DNA of 64,000 nt from a virus, in IMG/VR virus record IMGVR_UViG_3300032323_002843, positions 1 to 64,000 of that record; one strand, written 5' to 3'. The translations under genes were made by a program, and so were the position numbers. Of the stretch, positions 40,384-50,113 are shown piece by piece (within the stretch, counting starts at the first letter, position 1; the number at the start of each line of letters is the position of its first letter). Under the pieces are notes generated by a model. That model did no database searches, had not been told where the DNA came from, and saw only the letters and a list, made by a program, of their open reading frames with translations.

Positions 40384-40850
40384 TATTTCTTAGCTAATGG
40401 TTTTTTCTTTTCTTCTTTCTTTTCGTCAGCTTTAGGCTCTTCTTTCTTATCGTCTTTTTTATCAGCCTTCTTATCAGCTTTTTTTACAGCTGGTTTTTTA
40501 GCTTTTTCGATAAGACCCATCATTTCTTTAACTTTTTCAGTTTCAGAAGATACTTTACCTTCAACATCAGAAATTTGACTATCAAGCATTTCAGCTAATT
40601 TAGCATGAGCAGCTTTGATTTTTTCTAATTCGTTTACAAATTTTTGCATATGAGCGTATTCAGCTACGAATCCAGATGTTTCACCACCTTCAGCAATTTG
40701 GTATTGACCCAATGCTTCTCTCATACTTTTAAGGCTTTGTAATTCTTTTTTAAGGTGTACTAATTTTCCACCGCTTTTTGGTAAGCCGCCTTTCTCCATT
40801 GCTTCTGCAATAGCTAATTTAATGACGTTACGTACTTCTGTAATATTCAT
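40383..40850 (-). CDS. Coiled-coil protein with Lys/Glu-rich tail
   Basis: 155 aa; ATATTTAT motif upstream. Confidence 0.7.
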   Translation of the reverse strand: MNITEVRNVIKLAIAEAMEKGGLPKSGGKLVHLKKELQSLKSMREALGQYQIAEGGETSGFVAEYAHMQKFVNELEKIKAAHAKLAEMLDSQISDVEGKVSSETEKVKEMMGLIEKAKKPAVKKADKKADKKDDKKEEPKADEKKEEKKKPLAKK

Positions 40851-40881
40851 GTTTTGTATTTTATATGTATAAATATGTTAA

Positions 40882-41904
40882 TTAGTCCAAATCCTCGAGA
40901 CCTGTGTCGTCTTTAGTTAAATCACGAGCTATGTCGCGCATTTCACCACTAGCCCAATTCTTTTGAGCTGGTGTTAATTCGTCGTTAATTGAATTTTCAA
41001 TAAATGGGAAAAAATCGCTATCTGGTAGTTTGTATAATGATGCAAAAAACAATTCACGTACACGTGGATCATCTATTTGGCTTTGGTTATATATAGCAGA
41101 TATAGCATCATAAATAAATTTACCATACTGTAAATCACGAGGTTCATTTGATAATTTGTCCACAGCTCCGACAATCGCTTGGTTTTTTTCTTTATCGGCA
41201 CCAAAGCCTTCAGTTCCAACAATTTCATATAATCCTTTTACAATTTCGTGAACGAGCATTGGATAACAAATAGCACGAGCTTTAATTACAAATTGCTCAT
41301 TTTCTTCATCATATTCCATCTCGCTCTCGCCACCTGGTGTATTTTGTTGTTGTGCAATCATAGCTAGCAACATAGCGATTGCATTTTCATCATCATATAT
41401 ACCAAATGATAATTTTAATATTTCATTATATTTTTCTACTAATTCTGGGTTGATAGCATCTAGATATTCTTTAAATAGCATAAACCCAAATGCACCACGA
41501 ATAGACGCACCTTGTGTAATACCATTGATGATACGACGTTTAGCTTTCATCTTTTCAGGATCATCTTCACCAAAATCTGGTAATGATGGGTCTTGTTCTT
41601 CGTCTGGTTCAGGTAATTTAATATCTTCCATATCAACTATCTTAGCATCAATTTTGATGTTTGCGTAGTCAATAATTGGATAGGCATCAGTTACCATTTG
41701 AGCAGCTACCATATCTAATTCATCTCGATACCCATCTTCAGCTTGTACTATCTCAGGTACTAAAGTAGCAGAACGCATAACGGCTTGTCTCAAATCCTTG
41801 TTGCCAAGCATTTGACGTAAAGAAGCCCCCGATTTGCCTTTTAATGTAGCAATCGTTTTAGGTGAAAATATCTTTTCGTATTCTACTTCTGTTAATTTAG
41901 CCAT
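40882..41904 (-). CDS. Hypothetical protein (HExxKG motif)
   Basis: KRRIINGITQGA...LVHEIVKGLYE. Confidence 0.7.
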   Translation of the reverse strand: MAKLTEVEYEKIFSPKTIATLKGKSGASLRQMLGNKDLRQAVMRSATLVPEIVQAEDGYRDELDMVAAQMVTDAYPIIDYANIKIDAKIVDMEDIKLPEPDEEQDPSLPDFGEDDPEKMKAKRRIINGITQGASIRGAFGFMLFKEYLDAINPELVEKYNEILKLSFGIYDDENAIAMLLAMIAQQQNTPGGESEMEYDEENEQFVIKARAICYPMLVHEIVKGLYEIVGTEGFGADKEKNQAIVGAVDKLSNEPRDLQYGKFIYDAISAIYNQSQIDDPRVRELFFASLYKLPDSDFFPFIENSINDELTPAQKNWASGEMRDIARDLTKDDTGLEDLD

Positions 41905-42152
41905 TATTTTTTAGACTTAAAACGTTTAACAATTTTAGCTAACATCTCATCTTCGTTCATTGAAGCCTTTGGTTTTGGCTTAACATCCGGATTTCCTAGT
42001 GGACGACGAGGCTTTGGTTTTTCACCTGGTTTACCTGGTGCTACTGCTGGGTCTGGAGATGTTGATGGTTTGCTAGGTGCTGTTGCAGGTCCTTCAGAAA
42101 GTACCTTTGCAATCACTTCACGAATTACTTCTTTTAATTTATTTTTGTTCAT
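41904..42152 (-). CDS. Small Pro-rich protein with LKEVIREVI leader
   Basis: 82 aa; coupled to its neighbours. Confidence 0.65.
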   Translation of the reverse strand: MNKNKLKEVIREVIAKVLSEGPATAPSKPSTSPDPAVAPGKPGEKPKPRRPLGNPDVKPKPKASMNEDEMLAKIVKRFKSKK

Positions 42153-44799
42153 TTTTTTCGTTTATATGTTTACGAAGTAGTTGTTTAAATTCTGTTATAT
42201 GTGTGGGATTAGCACCTAAATATTCATTTACAAGATAATTATGAACTTCTGCTAAACCACGTTGTTGTAATACGTTTAATAAATCTGATGGGGAATTTAA
42301 TGATAATGCATTATTACCACTAGCGTTACCGGTTAATACGTAATTACTATTACCTGGTTGGACATTAATAGATGCTATAATTTGTTGGTTAGCCAATCTA
42401 ATAATATAAATCTTACTACCACTAGGAAGAGACATAACTCTACCTACACGACCTGCTGTTCCTAATAAATTATTACGACGAGCTGCTCCTCTATCACCAT
42501 TTGGATCAACACGAGAGGCATTAGTAACATTTAATCTTCTCATAATTGCTCTTGGTAAGCGTAAGAATGCTACATCTAATCCAGTTTCATCCATTACTTC
42601 ACGAACGTTAATATCACCTGCTGCTGCTGGAGCTGCTGCAGGACGAGGAGCATTTGGTTGACCTGCTGGTCTTCCTCTTCTACCAGTTGTAGGAGCAGCT
42701 GTAGCAGCAACTTGACCACCTAATAATTGTCTTGCTAATGCAGTTGGTACATTTGCTTTAACTAATTTACCAGATTGATCAGATATTTTAAAGCTTTCTC
42801 TTGGATTTGCTGTATTAATAAGTAAAGCTGTATCACCATTCATAGCTGGTTTTAATTGACTATCTGCTGTTACTGGTGGGTTATTAGCTATAAAAGCTTT
42901 TTTAGAAGTTGCCATCATTGAATAGCCTTGACTACTTAATAGTGTTTTTAAACCATTAGAATCAAATGCTTGGTTTGTATTTCTTAAATAATCAAAATAC
43001 GATGCCCATTGACTAGCATCTAAGTTATTACTAGTATCTCTACCTCTCCAATCACCTCCTCTTCCACCATAACCATAATCAACAAGTGTTCTTTGTTGAC
43101 GAGGATCAATTGTAGAAGGCATTAAAAAGAATTCTGATCTTGATGTTCCTCCATCTGAAGTTAATACTACTGCTGAGGTTTCCCCTATTTGTACTATTCT
43201 TTGATTATAAGGAATAGCATTAACAACAGACGTTAGTGCTTCTTTATCTATAGTTACAGGAATATTTTCTTTTGTTTTAAATACATTTAATGCATTTTGT
43301 TGGAATGATTCATTATCTTTAGAATCAACAAATACTTGTTGTACCTCTTCATTATCAAATGGAACCGATGTTATTTTACCATTTTTATCTATTTTATATG
43401 AAGAGAATGAATTTGAGTCTAATATAATTTCTCCATCTTCTATTGGTTTAACTATTAGTGCAGAATTAGGATCATTTTTAGCATTATCTAATACTCTTGT
43501 AATTAAATCTTTATCAATTACTTCGTCTTGAGATAATTTAAGTAAATTCTTTAACGGAATTTTGTCTAGTTCTGGAAAGTCTAGTAAATATTTTGATGTG
43601 CGCTTATTTAATTTAATATCAGGGAAGTCATCTTCTGCTTGATATAATCCTACTTTTATATCATCACCTAATTTTAGTTTTACAATAGTAGAACCATCTT
43701 TAGTAACATATAGTCGTTCTGCTGATGGGACATCCCATTTATTAGATTTAACTAAGAATTTTTTAACTTCAAAAGGAATTATATCTGTAAGTAGATATTT
43801 TAGTTCAATTTTGTCTCTCATATTTGCTATGATTGACTTAACATCTTGATTTGAAAATTTCTCTAAGTTTTTAACTAATATTAAACTACTTACAATACCA
43901 GCATTAGTAGCAATAAAATTAGCAATCTGAGGGTATTTGGGTAGATATTTTTCTACAAACTCATCATTTTCTATATCTTTAAATAAATCCCCTCTATCTT
44001 TTCTAACAACTAAATATTGTTTTTTAGTTTCAAACGGAAATTTAGTCCACTCTCTAATAGTAACAGCTTCGCGTTTATATTGTTGGTTGACTTTCTCTTT
44101 TGTAGATAAAGGAATATATTTAAATATGTTTTGTAAACCTCTAACTGATGGGAAATTTTGTTCAATAAAACTCCATGGTTCCCATCTACTCCACTCTGTA
44201 GCTCTACCACCAACATCGTTATTTGATCTGTCTGATGCTTTGTAAGTATTATCACTACCAACAACAACAACAAAGAAACTTTTACGATCACTATCAGGTA
44301 AATTTGTATCTCTTACGAGATAAAATGTTGGATTTTTTCTATCAGAATCATAACGATAATTACCAAATGAGGTTTTAGTAATACACCAAGATTCTCCCCT
44401 ACCAAAATTTAAACAGTTTTCCTCTTTAGAACCATTATATATAATTAAACCATTTTCATTGTAAACAACGTCTGGTGTAATATCATATTCTTCTACAGGT
44501 TCTTCAACACCTTTAGCTGATGTAACTATTTTAATTAGTTGAGATAAAGGAACTATAACTTCATATTTACCACCAACTTGTTTTACTAAATCTGTTCCTC
44601 CTTTAGAAATAATACCTGGTTTGATTTTGTCAAAACGATCAACATATGCTTTTAACTGGCTATCAGTAATGTTAATATTCAAATCATCAGCTTCTTGTTT
44701 ATAGTGCTGGATGATTTGGTCTAATAATGCTTGTTTATATTCATTCAAAGGAAATGAACTATGAACTACATGTAATATAAATTTATCTATTGGTCTCAT
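42139..44799 (-). CDS. Large hypothetical protein (possible PcfJ-like G..WC motif; AT-hook-like RRGRP)
   Basis: 886 aa; CLNFGRGESWCIT and TGRRGRPAG. Confidence 0.65.
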   Translation of the reverse strand: MRPIDKFILHVVHSSFPLNEYKQALLDQIIQHYKQEADDLNINITDSQLKAYVDRFDKIKPGIISKGGTDLVKQVGGKYEVIVPLSQLIKIVTSAKGVEEPVEEYDITPDVVYNENGLIIYNGSKEENCLNFGRGESWCITKTSFGNYRYDSDRKNPTFYLVRDTNLPDSDRKSFFVVVVGSDNTYKASDRSNNDVGGRATEWSRWEPWSFIEQNFPSVRGLQNIFKYIPLSTKEKVNQQYKREAVTIREWTKFPFETKKQYLVVRKDRGDLFKDIENDEFVEKYLPKYPQIANFIATNAGIVSSLILVKNLEKFSNQDVKSIIANMRDKIELKYLLTDIIPFEVKKFLVKSNKWDVPSAERLYVTKDGSTIVKLKLGDDIKVGLYQAEDDFPDIKLNKRTSKYLLDFPELDKIPLKNLLKLSQDEVIDKDLITRVLDNAKNDPNSALIVKPIEDGEIILDSNSFSSYKIDKNGKITSVPFDNEEVQQVFVDSKDNESFQQNALNVFKTKENIPVTIDKEALTSVVNAIPYNQRIVQIGETSAVVLTSDGGTSRSEFFLMPSTIDPRQQRTLVDYGYGGRGGDWRGRDTSNNLDASQWASYFDYLRNTNQAFDSNGLKTLLSSQGYSMMATSKKAFIANNPPVTADSQLKPAMNGDTALLINTANPRESFKISDQSGKLVKANVPTALARQLLGGQVAATAAPTTGRRGRPAGQPNAPRPAAAPAAAGDINVREVMDETGLDVAFLRLPRAIMRRLNVTNASRVDPNGDRGAARRNNLLGTAGRVGRVMSLPSGSKIYIIRLANQQIIASINVQPGNSNYVLTGNASGNNALSLNSPSDLLNVLQQRGLAEVHNYLVNEYLGANPTHITEFKQLLRKHINEKNEQK

Positions 44800-45302
44800 T
44801 ACTTATTCAACTTTACTTTTGCTTTCTTAGTATTAGGCACAAATTGTTTGTTTGATGCTGCTTTTTTCTTTGAGGTAGCAGCGCGCTCAGCTTTAGTTAA
44901 ACTATTTGCTTTAGCACGAGGTAAACAACGAGTTGTTTTATTACCTTTTTTCATTGTACCACAAGGTCCAGTTATGTTGCCTGCTGTATCAATACGAACC
45001 CAATCTTCTTTTTTAAACCAATCACGAAGTGATTCATTTAAACTATTATCGTGTCCACATTTATGACAAAGATATGGATCATCACCACCCTTCTCTAAAT
45101 CCCACTCCCAACCACAATTTTCACATTTAACTTCGTCTTCATCACCTTCCATTAATCCTTTACACACTTTAACAGCACGACCAGAAAGGTAAGCTGATGG
45201 TTTTTCACCAGCAGCTCTACGACGATTGTAATAAGCTTTGCCTTTAGGACATAACTTTTTTTCAGCTATTATGTCTTGTAATATTTCGGTCAGTTTAATC
45301 AT
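44799..45302 (-). CDS. Basic protein with Cys motifs (DUF5872-like C-terminus)
   Basis: MIKLTEIL leader; CENC...CHKC; SLRDWFKKEDW...CLP.AK. Confidence 0.65.
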   Translation of the reverse strand: MIKLTEILQDIIAEKKLCPKGKAYYNRRRAAGEKPSAYLSGRAVKVCKGLMEGDEDEVKCENCGWEWDLEKGGDDPYLCHKCGHDNSLNESLRDWFKKEDWVRIDTAGNITGPCGTMKKGNKTTRCLPRAKANSLTKAERAATSKKKAASNKQFVPNTKKAKVKLNK

Positions 45303-45307
45303 GTCTT

Positions 45308-45961
45308 TTATTTATTATAATCCCAATTAGTATCAGATGGACGCCATTTACTAAAATCTTCTGATTTCCAAATTTTAGTAGAATATTTAAAATATGGTTT
45401 TTCAGTTATATCATTAGTTCTACTTGGTTGATACCATTTAGTTCTATTGTTTGGCTGAGCACATATTTGTCCATTATCTAATTTTGATACATTATAACAC
45501 TTATGTTCATTTGGTGTTTCACTCCAACCACAATCTATTTCATTTGGGTCAGAATGTGCTGTATCAATTGTAAATAAATATTCACCTTCCATAACGGATT
45601 GGTCTTTCATCGTAGTATACGTTTTAACACCTCTTAACACTCTCTTTTCAATTACTGATATATTGTACGATAAACAATCCCAAAGCTGTAGGAAATCTAA
45701 TGGAAACACTTTATCTGTTGATTTTAGTGGTCTCCAACGAAACGCATGAATTGGTAATTTATCATATACAGCACCAAAGGTATCAATATATGTTTCAAAT
45801 AACAATGCACGGTTGGGGATAGATTTTACACTAACCCAATGTCCTTTTTCCCACTCACCATCTCCTAATAATTTACCTTTTTCGTCTTTTTGAAAATCAT
45901 ATAAAAAACGTTTATCAATATAAACCTCGATTGGTGGTATATTTGCTACTAAATAAGCCAT
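45308..45961 (-). CDS. Phage hypothetical protein
   Basis: YLVANIPP...LPIHAF...LQLWDC...AQPNNR. Confidence 0.75.
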   Translation of the reverse strand: MAYLVANIPPIEVYIDKRFLYDFQKDEKGKLLGDGEWEKGHWVSVKSIPNRALLFETYIDTFGAVYDKLPIHAFRWRPLKSTDKVFPLDFLQLWDCLSYNISVIEKRVLRGVKTYTTMKDQSVMEGEYLFTIDTAHSDPNEIDCGWSETPNEHKCYNVSKLDNGQICAQPNNRTKWYQPSRTNDITEKPYFKYSTKIWKSEDFSKWRPSDTNWDYNK

Positions 45962-46278
45962 TACTTATTTCTTATTAATAATTCACCTAATACCTCTAAA
46001 CGACCAACTTCACGTTGAAATTCGGTTTGAGTCATGTTTAATGATATCTTTTTATATGTTTGTTCAAATTCTTTTTTAGCCGCTTCTTTATCGAATTTAC
46101 CTTCAGCTGCTTTTTTATAGTACGGAGCCTTAACTTTAAAATGATGCCATGTTAATAGAGATAATCCGCCTTTTTCTTCAGCGGTAGCAGCAATTTTAGC
46201 AGCACCTTTACCACGAACAGTAGCAAAATTTTCAAATGTTTCTTTTACTTCTTTTAATATATCTGATAGTTTAATCAT
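45961..46278 (-). CDS. Hypothetical protein (MIKLSDILKE leader)
   Basis: Start moved to ATG 46278, which removes the overlap with the upstream gene. Confidence 0.7.
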   Translation of the reverse strand: MIKLSDILKEVKETFENFATVRGKGAAKIAATAEEKGGLSLLTWHHFKVKAPYYKKAAEGKFDKEAAKKEFEQTYKKISLNMTQTEFQREVGRLEVLGELLIRNK

Positions 46279-46279
46279 A

Positions 46280-46660
46280 TTACCATTTTCTACAAGACCA
46301 GTATCTAGCTTTAGTACGTGGTCCTGGGTTAGCACAATTATGTCTTGCTCTGAAGGCAGCGCGGCGTTTAGGGTTATTTTTCTTAATATTCATTCCCTTA
46401 GCACCAAAGTTAACTTTTACAACTTTACCAGTTTTAGGGTTTTTAACATACACCTTAAATTTCTTACTGTCACCGCGCATTGGCTTACCTAATGGTACAG
46501 TGCGACCTTGATACTTAGCTTCAAGTAAACAGTCACAATCAGCTTCGTTAAGTTCTTGTTGATACGACTCCATGAACTCAACAAATTCTTTTATGTCTTG
46601 TTCATTCTCAACGTCGTATTCTAATATTTCTTCTTCTAGAAGTTCTAATAATTTAATCAT
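46280..46660 (-). CDS. Basic protein (DUF6321/DUF5754-like) with acidic leader
   Basis: KKFKVYV...VKVNFG...RRAAFRARHNC...ARYWSC. Confidence 0.7.
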   Translation of the reverse strand: MIKLLELLEEEILEYDVENEQDIKEFVEFMESYQQELNEADCDCLLEAKYQGRTVPLGKPMRGDSKKFKVYVKNPKTGKVVKVNFGAKGMNIKKNNPKRRAAFRARHNCANPGPRTKARYWSCRKW

Positions 46661-46941
46661 ATACTTCCTGTACGTTTATCTGTTAGGTATTTAATTTCGG
46701 TACGTAATGCTGCCACTTCAGCTACTAATTCTAATATCTGTGCACGCATTTCATCTTTTTCTTTTGATGATTCAGCAAGTAATGCTTCTAATTTAGATAT
46801 ACGATCTTTGCAATCATGACGAATAAAATCTTCGTCACGTTCTTTGCGCATTGATTTTTTTTCATAGAATCGGAAAGCAGCGGCACTACCAAGAACGGTA
46901 ATGGCTGTCATTAGAACTGTGTATATATTATCGGCATTCAT
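46657..46941 (-). CDS. Single-TM plus coiled-coil protein (holin-like?)
   Basis: N-terminal hydrophobic helix followed by a coiled coil. Confidence 0.5.
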   Translation of the reverse strand: MNADNIYTVLMTAITVLGSAAAFRFYEKKSMRKERDEDFIRHDCKDRISKLEALLAESSKEKDEMRAQILELVAEVAALRTEIKYLTDKRTGSI

Positions 46942-46970
46942 TTGCTGTACAAGATGATTACCAATAAATA

Positions 46971-47552
46971 TTAAGAAGCAATAGTGTCCTTTAATTCTTG
47001 AATGTGATCCTGTACCTCTTTGGTGAATTTCTCTTTATCAACACCTTTACCTTTCCATGTTTCTATATCACCCTGTTCAGTTACGAATTGATCATCAACT
47101 TCACTATTAAAGTCAATTAAAGCATCTTCAAGATCTTTAATATATTGCTTAACACCACCACCAATAAGGTTTTTAGCGTATTCTTCAAATCTGCCCTGGC
47201 GTTTTAATTCAGTCTCATAAGCAATAACACAATCAAAACATTTACTATGGATGGGCCACATTTTTTTATTTAATGTGTTATTTTTCATTGCTTTACCACA
47301 ACTAGGACATGCAATGGGTAAATTTATAACTTTTTTTAATTCATCAAAACGTGTTACTGTTTGTTTAATACCGTTTTTGATAGTCCATTTCTTACCATTC
47401 TCTTCCCATACATCACCTTCATTATGTTCTATTTGTGCTTTAGTATAACCTACCTGAGTAACGGTTTTAGCAGTATAATCTTTTTGAATAATATTACGCA
47501 TTCGCTGAACATCACGTTCGCGAAATTCGCGTTTTAGCATATTGTCGCTCAT
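46971..47552 (-). CDS. Zn-finger hypothetical protein
   Basis: EGDVWEENGKKWTIKNG; CPSC...CFDC. Confidence 0.7.
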   Translation of the reverse strand: MSDNMLKREFRERDVQRMRNIIQKDYTAKTVTQVGYTKAQIEHNEGDVWEENGKKWTIKNGIKQTVTRFDELKKVINLPIACPSCGKAMKNNTLNKKMWPIHSKCFDCVIAYETELKRQGRFEEYAKNLIGGGVKQYIKDLEDALIDFNSEVDDQFVTEQGDIETWKGKGVDKEKFTKEVQDHIQELKDTIAS

Positions 47553-48019
47553 TATAAACCTAATTCTTTAAGTTGCTTAATTGTATTAGCTGCTGATGTG
47601 TGTAATATTCCTATACCACCCTTATCATTCCATTCTTGGATAGTATTAGGTAAATCATCAATTAGAATTCTATTTTCACCTGAGAATAATTGCTTTTGTG
47701 CTCTCGGATAGAAATAGGCGTTTTTATAGCTATTTTGTAGGTGCATTTTTAACCAAGCATCTTTACCAACACGAGATGTTTGGCTGCGAGATGGTGATGA
47801 TAAAATATATGGTTTATACTTTTTAATATAACGCCATAATTCTTGTCCATCAGGCATCCAGGGCAAATTAGCCCAAAATGATGGACCTTCAGCATCTATA
47901 GGTTCCCAAAAAGCATTATCGCCTTTAGCAAATTGTTTTGTATGAACGCCTGTTGCGTCATAATAACCTTTTTCAAAATCGACAAGGACACCGTCCATGT
48001 CACAAAAAATTTTATACAT
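47552..48019 (-). CDS. HAD-family 5'(3')-deoxyribonucleotidase-like protein
   Basis: DMDGVLVDF, ILSS, K..W and LIDD motifs. Confidence 0.85.
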   Translation of the reverse strand: MYKIFCDMDGVLVDFEKGYYDATGVHTKQFAKGDNAFWEPIDAEGPSFWANLPWMPDGQELWRYIKKYKPYILSSPSRSQTSRVGKDAWLKMHLQNSYKNAYFYPRAQKQLFSGENRILIDDLPNTIQEWNDKGGIGILHTSAANTIKQLKELGL

Positions 48020-48021
48020 AA

Positions 48022-49287
48022 CTATTGATATATTTCTTCGTGTTGTTTACCAAAATCTCTTAATAATACTCCTGCTTTAGCGTTTGCTTCATTTTCAATG
48101 TCACTTCCGGTTTTACCACTTTCGTAGCTAATACGGCCATCTTCGTCTTGTTTACGGTGTACTAATTCATGTGCTAATGTTCTTAATATATCACCCATGT
48201 TTCTGTTTCCGCAATACACCCATATTTTATTGCTATTCGGATCAAAATATCCAAAACTCCTCATTTCCTTCGCTTTAGCAGTATCATATGATAGAGCTAA
48301 GTTACGGGGAGGATTTTGAATTTCCAAGTTTTTAATAGCATACTTTATAAATTCACCAATGGTTGCAGTTTCGCTTTCGTTTAACTTACCTTCCATTAAT
48401 TTGGTTTGTTTAGGTTGACCTAAATTTAATGTTGCCATTAGTACTTTAGCTATTTTACCTGCTTTACGTAAAGTCTGGCCACCTTTAACTAAATGGTATT
48501 TGTCTTTATCGTAATTTAATATTAATGGTATTTCGCCATCACTATTTTCTTCTTTATTTTCTAGTTTATCTAAAATATCCTTAGATAATACAATCATATT
48601 TCCAGCAACAAAGGCATATAATACATCAGGAATAGGTACATTAAATTTATCTGCTGCTATTTCTATTTCGTGTCTTGCTTTATCAACGATAGCTTGATAA
48701 GCATCATCTACATTTTGATATTTTCTTTCTTCTAATGAAATTTCTTCACCTTTATCTTCTGCAGGTGGTAATTTTTTACCAATTGTATTTGCAAAATCAG
48801 TTAAATTAATTCCATCAGGTATAAATTGAGCAATAGCATCTGCATTATTTGATTGAATAGCATTTCTTAATCCTGTAGCATTTACAGCATCAACAGTACC
48901 TGCATCAAATACTTTTGCATTTGGATAATCCATACGTTTAAAACGGCTAGCATCATCTTTACCAAATGCAACTATAAAATTAGTATCAGGATTTTCTTTA
49001 ACTAAATTATAAGTTTCTCTAACAGGATTTTCTAAAGCAACTCTTATTTCAACATTGTTATCTAAAAGTGTTTTATATAATTCCCATACAGCAACACTTT
49101 CATCTGCAGTTACACCTTCACGAGTTTTAGGTGATACTAACACAACTACCTGATCAGCATTTTGTAATAGTTTTTTAACTACTTCAAAGTGACCCCTGTG
49201 TGGTGGTTTAAAAGCACCTGGGAAGACAGCTATTGTTTGCTTGTCTTGTTCAAGTAATGTGTTTGCTATGTATTGTCCTAAATTCAT
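48022..49287 (-). CDS. HIGH-type nucleotidyltransferase fused to a C-terminal HExxH (zincin-like) domain
   Basis: FPGAFKPPHRGH at the N-terminus; RTLAHELVH...ENEANA at the C-terminus. Confidence 0.75.
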   Translation of the reverse strand: MNLGQYIANTLLEQDKQTIAVFPGAFKPPHRGHFEVVKKLLQNADQVVVLVSPKTREGVTADESVAVWELYKTLLDNNVEIRVALENPVRETYNLVKENPDTNFIVAFGKDDASRFKRMDYPNAKVFDAGTVDAVNATGLRNAIQSNNADAIAQFIPDGINLTDFANTIGKKLPPAEDKGEEISLEERKYQNVDDAYQAIVDKARHEIEIAADKFNVPIPDVLYAFVAGNMIVLSKDILDKLENKEENSDGEIPLILNYDKDKYHLVKGGQTLRKAGKIAKVLMATLNLGQPKQTKLMEGKLNESETATIGEFIKYAIKNLEIQNPPRNLALSYDTAKAKEMRSFGYFDPNSNKIWVYCGNRNMGDILRTLAHELVHRKQDEDGRISYESGKTGSDIENEANAKAGVLLRDFGKQHEEIYQ

Positions 49288-50051
49288 TTTAAAAAGCTAT
49301 TTACTTTATTTTTAGCATCATCTGTAGATGAAAACTCTGGAGTAGATTGGATTAATTGCTGAATACTGCTATTTAGAGCTTCAATTTCAGCTTTCTTTTT
49401 AGCTAATTCATCTGGTGTGTATTCTTTACCACTACCTTTAACTGTTTTAAAGAATCTTTCTTTTGCAATAGCAGGATCATATTCTAATTTACCTTTAGGA
49501 TCATTATTAATTAATACGAATTTATTACCAAACGCTTGTTCGTATGTACCAATATTACTATTTACACCAGCCCATGTTTTTAAAACAATAGATGGTGGTA
49601 ATGAACGACCTCCAGCTTTATCACGATCAGCATTACGTTGTAATGATGTGTAAGGTGAAACCCAAATCATGACCATCATTGTATCGTAGCCTAATTTTTC
49701 TAATTCGTCTTTTTTCTTTAATAAAGGTTTACTAGCAGCACCAGTACCATCAATAACAATGTTTTGTTTAGCAGCGGATAACTGTGCATATTTTTCTTTA
49801 GTAGCTTTTTGAGCTTGACCCATTAATTTGCCTGCTTGCGATAATTGATCCTGATCGAAATCTGCGACTTTTAAACCTAAACCTGCTGCTTTAAGTAATT
49901 CTTCATAGGTGTCATCGACATTAATTACAGTCAAATTTTTCGGTATTAATTGAGCAGAAGTGAATGTCTTACCAGATCCAGCAGGACCAGCCAGGAATAT
50001 AGCTTTTGGTTTGGATTGTATTTCTTTTAATAAATCTAGTAACTTGATCAT
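49284..50051 (-). CDS. Zeta-toxin-like/AAA_33 P-loop kinase
   Basis: Start moved to ATG 50051 (MIKLLDLLKE); LAGPAGSGKT, INVDD, IVIDGTG and RN..R motifs. Confidence 0.8.
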   Translation of the reverse strand: MIKLLDLLKEIQSKPKAIFLAGPAGSGKTFTSAQLIPKNLTVINVDDTYEELLKAAGLGLKVADFDQDQLSQAGKLMGQAQKATKEKYAQLSAAKQNIVIDGTGAASKPLLKKKDELEKLGYDTMMVMIWVSPYTSLQRNADRDKAGGRSLPPSIVLKTWAGVNSNIGTYEQAFGNKFVLINNDPKGKLEYDPAIAKERFFKTVKGSGKEYTPDELAKKKAEIEALNSSIQQLIQSTPEFSSTDDAKNKVNSFLK

Positions 50052-50113
50052 ATGTGAATATAAATAGGTGACCTGGACGAGCCAAGCCACCTATAAATAT
50101 TTGTAGTTTTTAA

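Noticed and set aside
31762-44291. Nested minus-strand ORFs (31762..31950, 32862..33194, 36457..36669, 44010..44291)
   Set aside because: They are alternative frames inside better-supported genes and have no recognisable motifs.
49284-50051. Zeta/epsilon toxin-antitoxin system
   Set aside because: No antitoxin-like gene is adjacent; only the kinase fold is supported.
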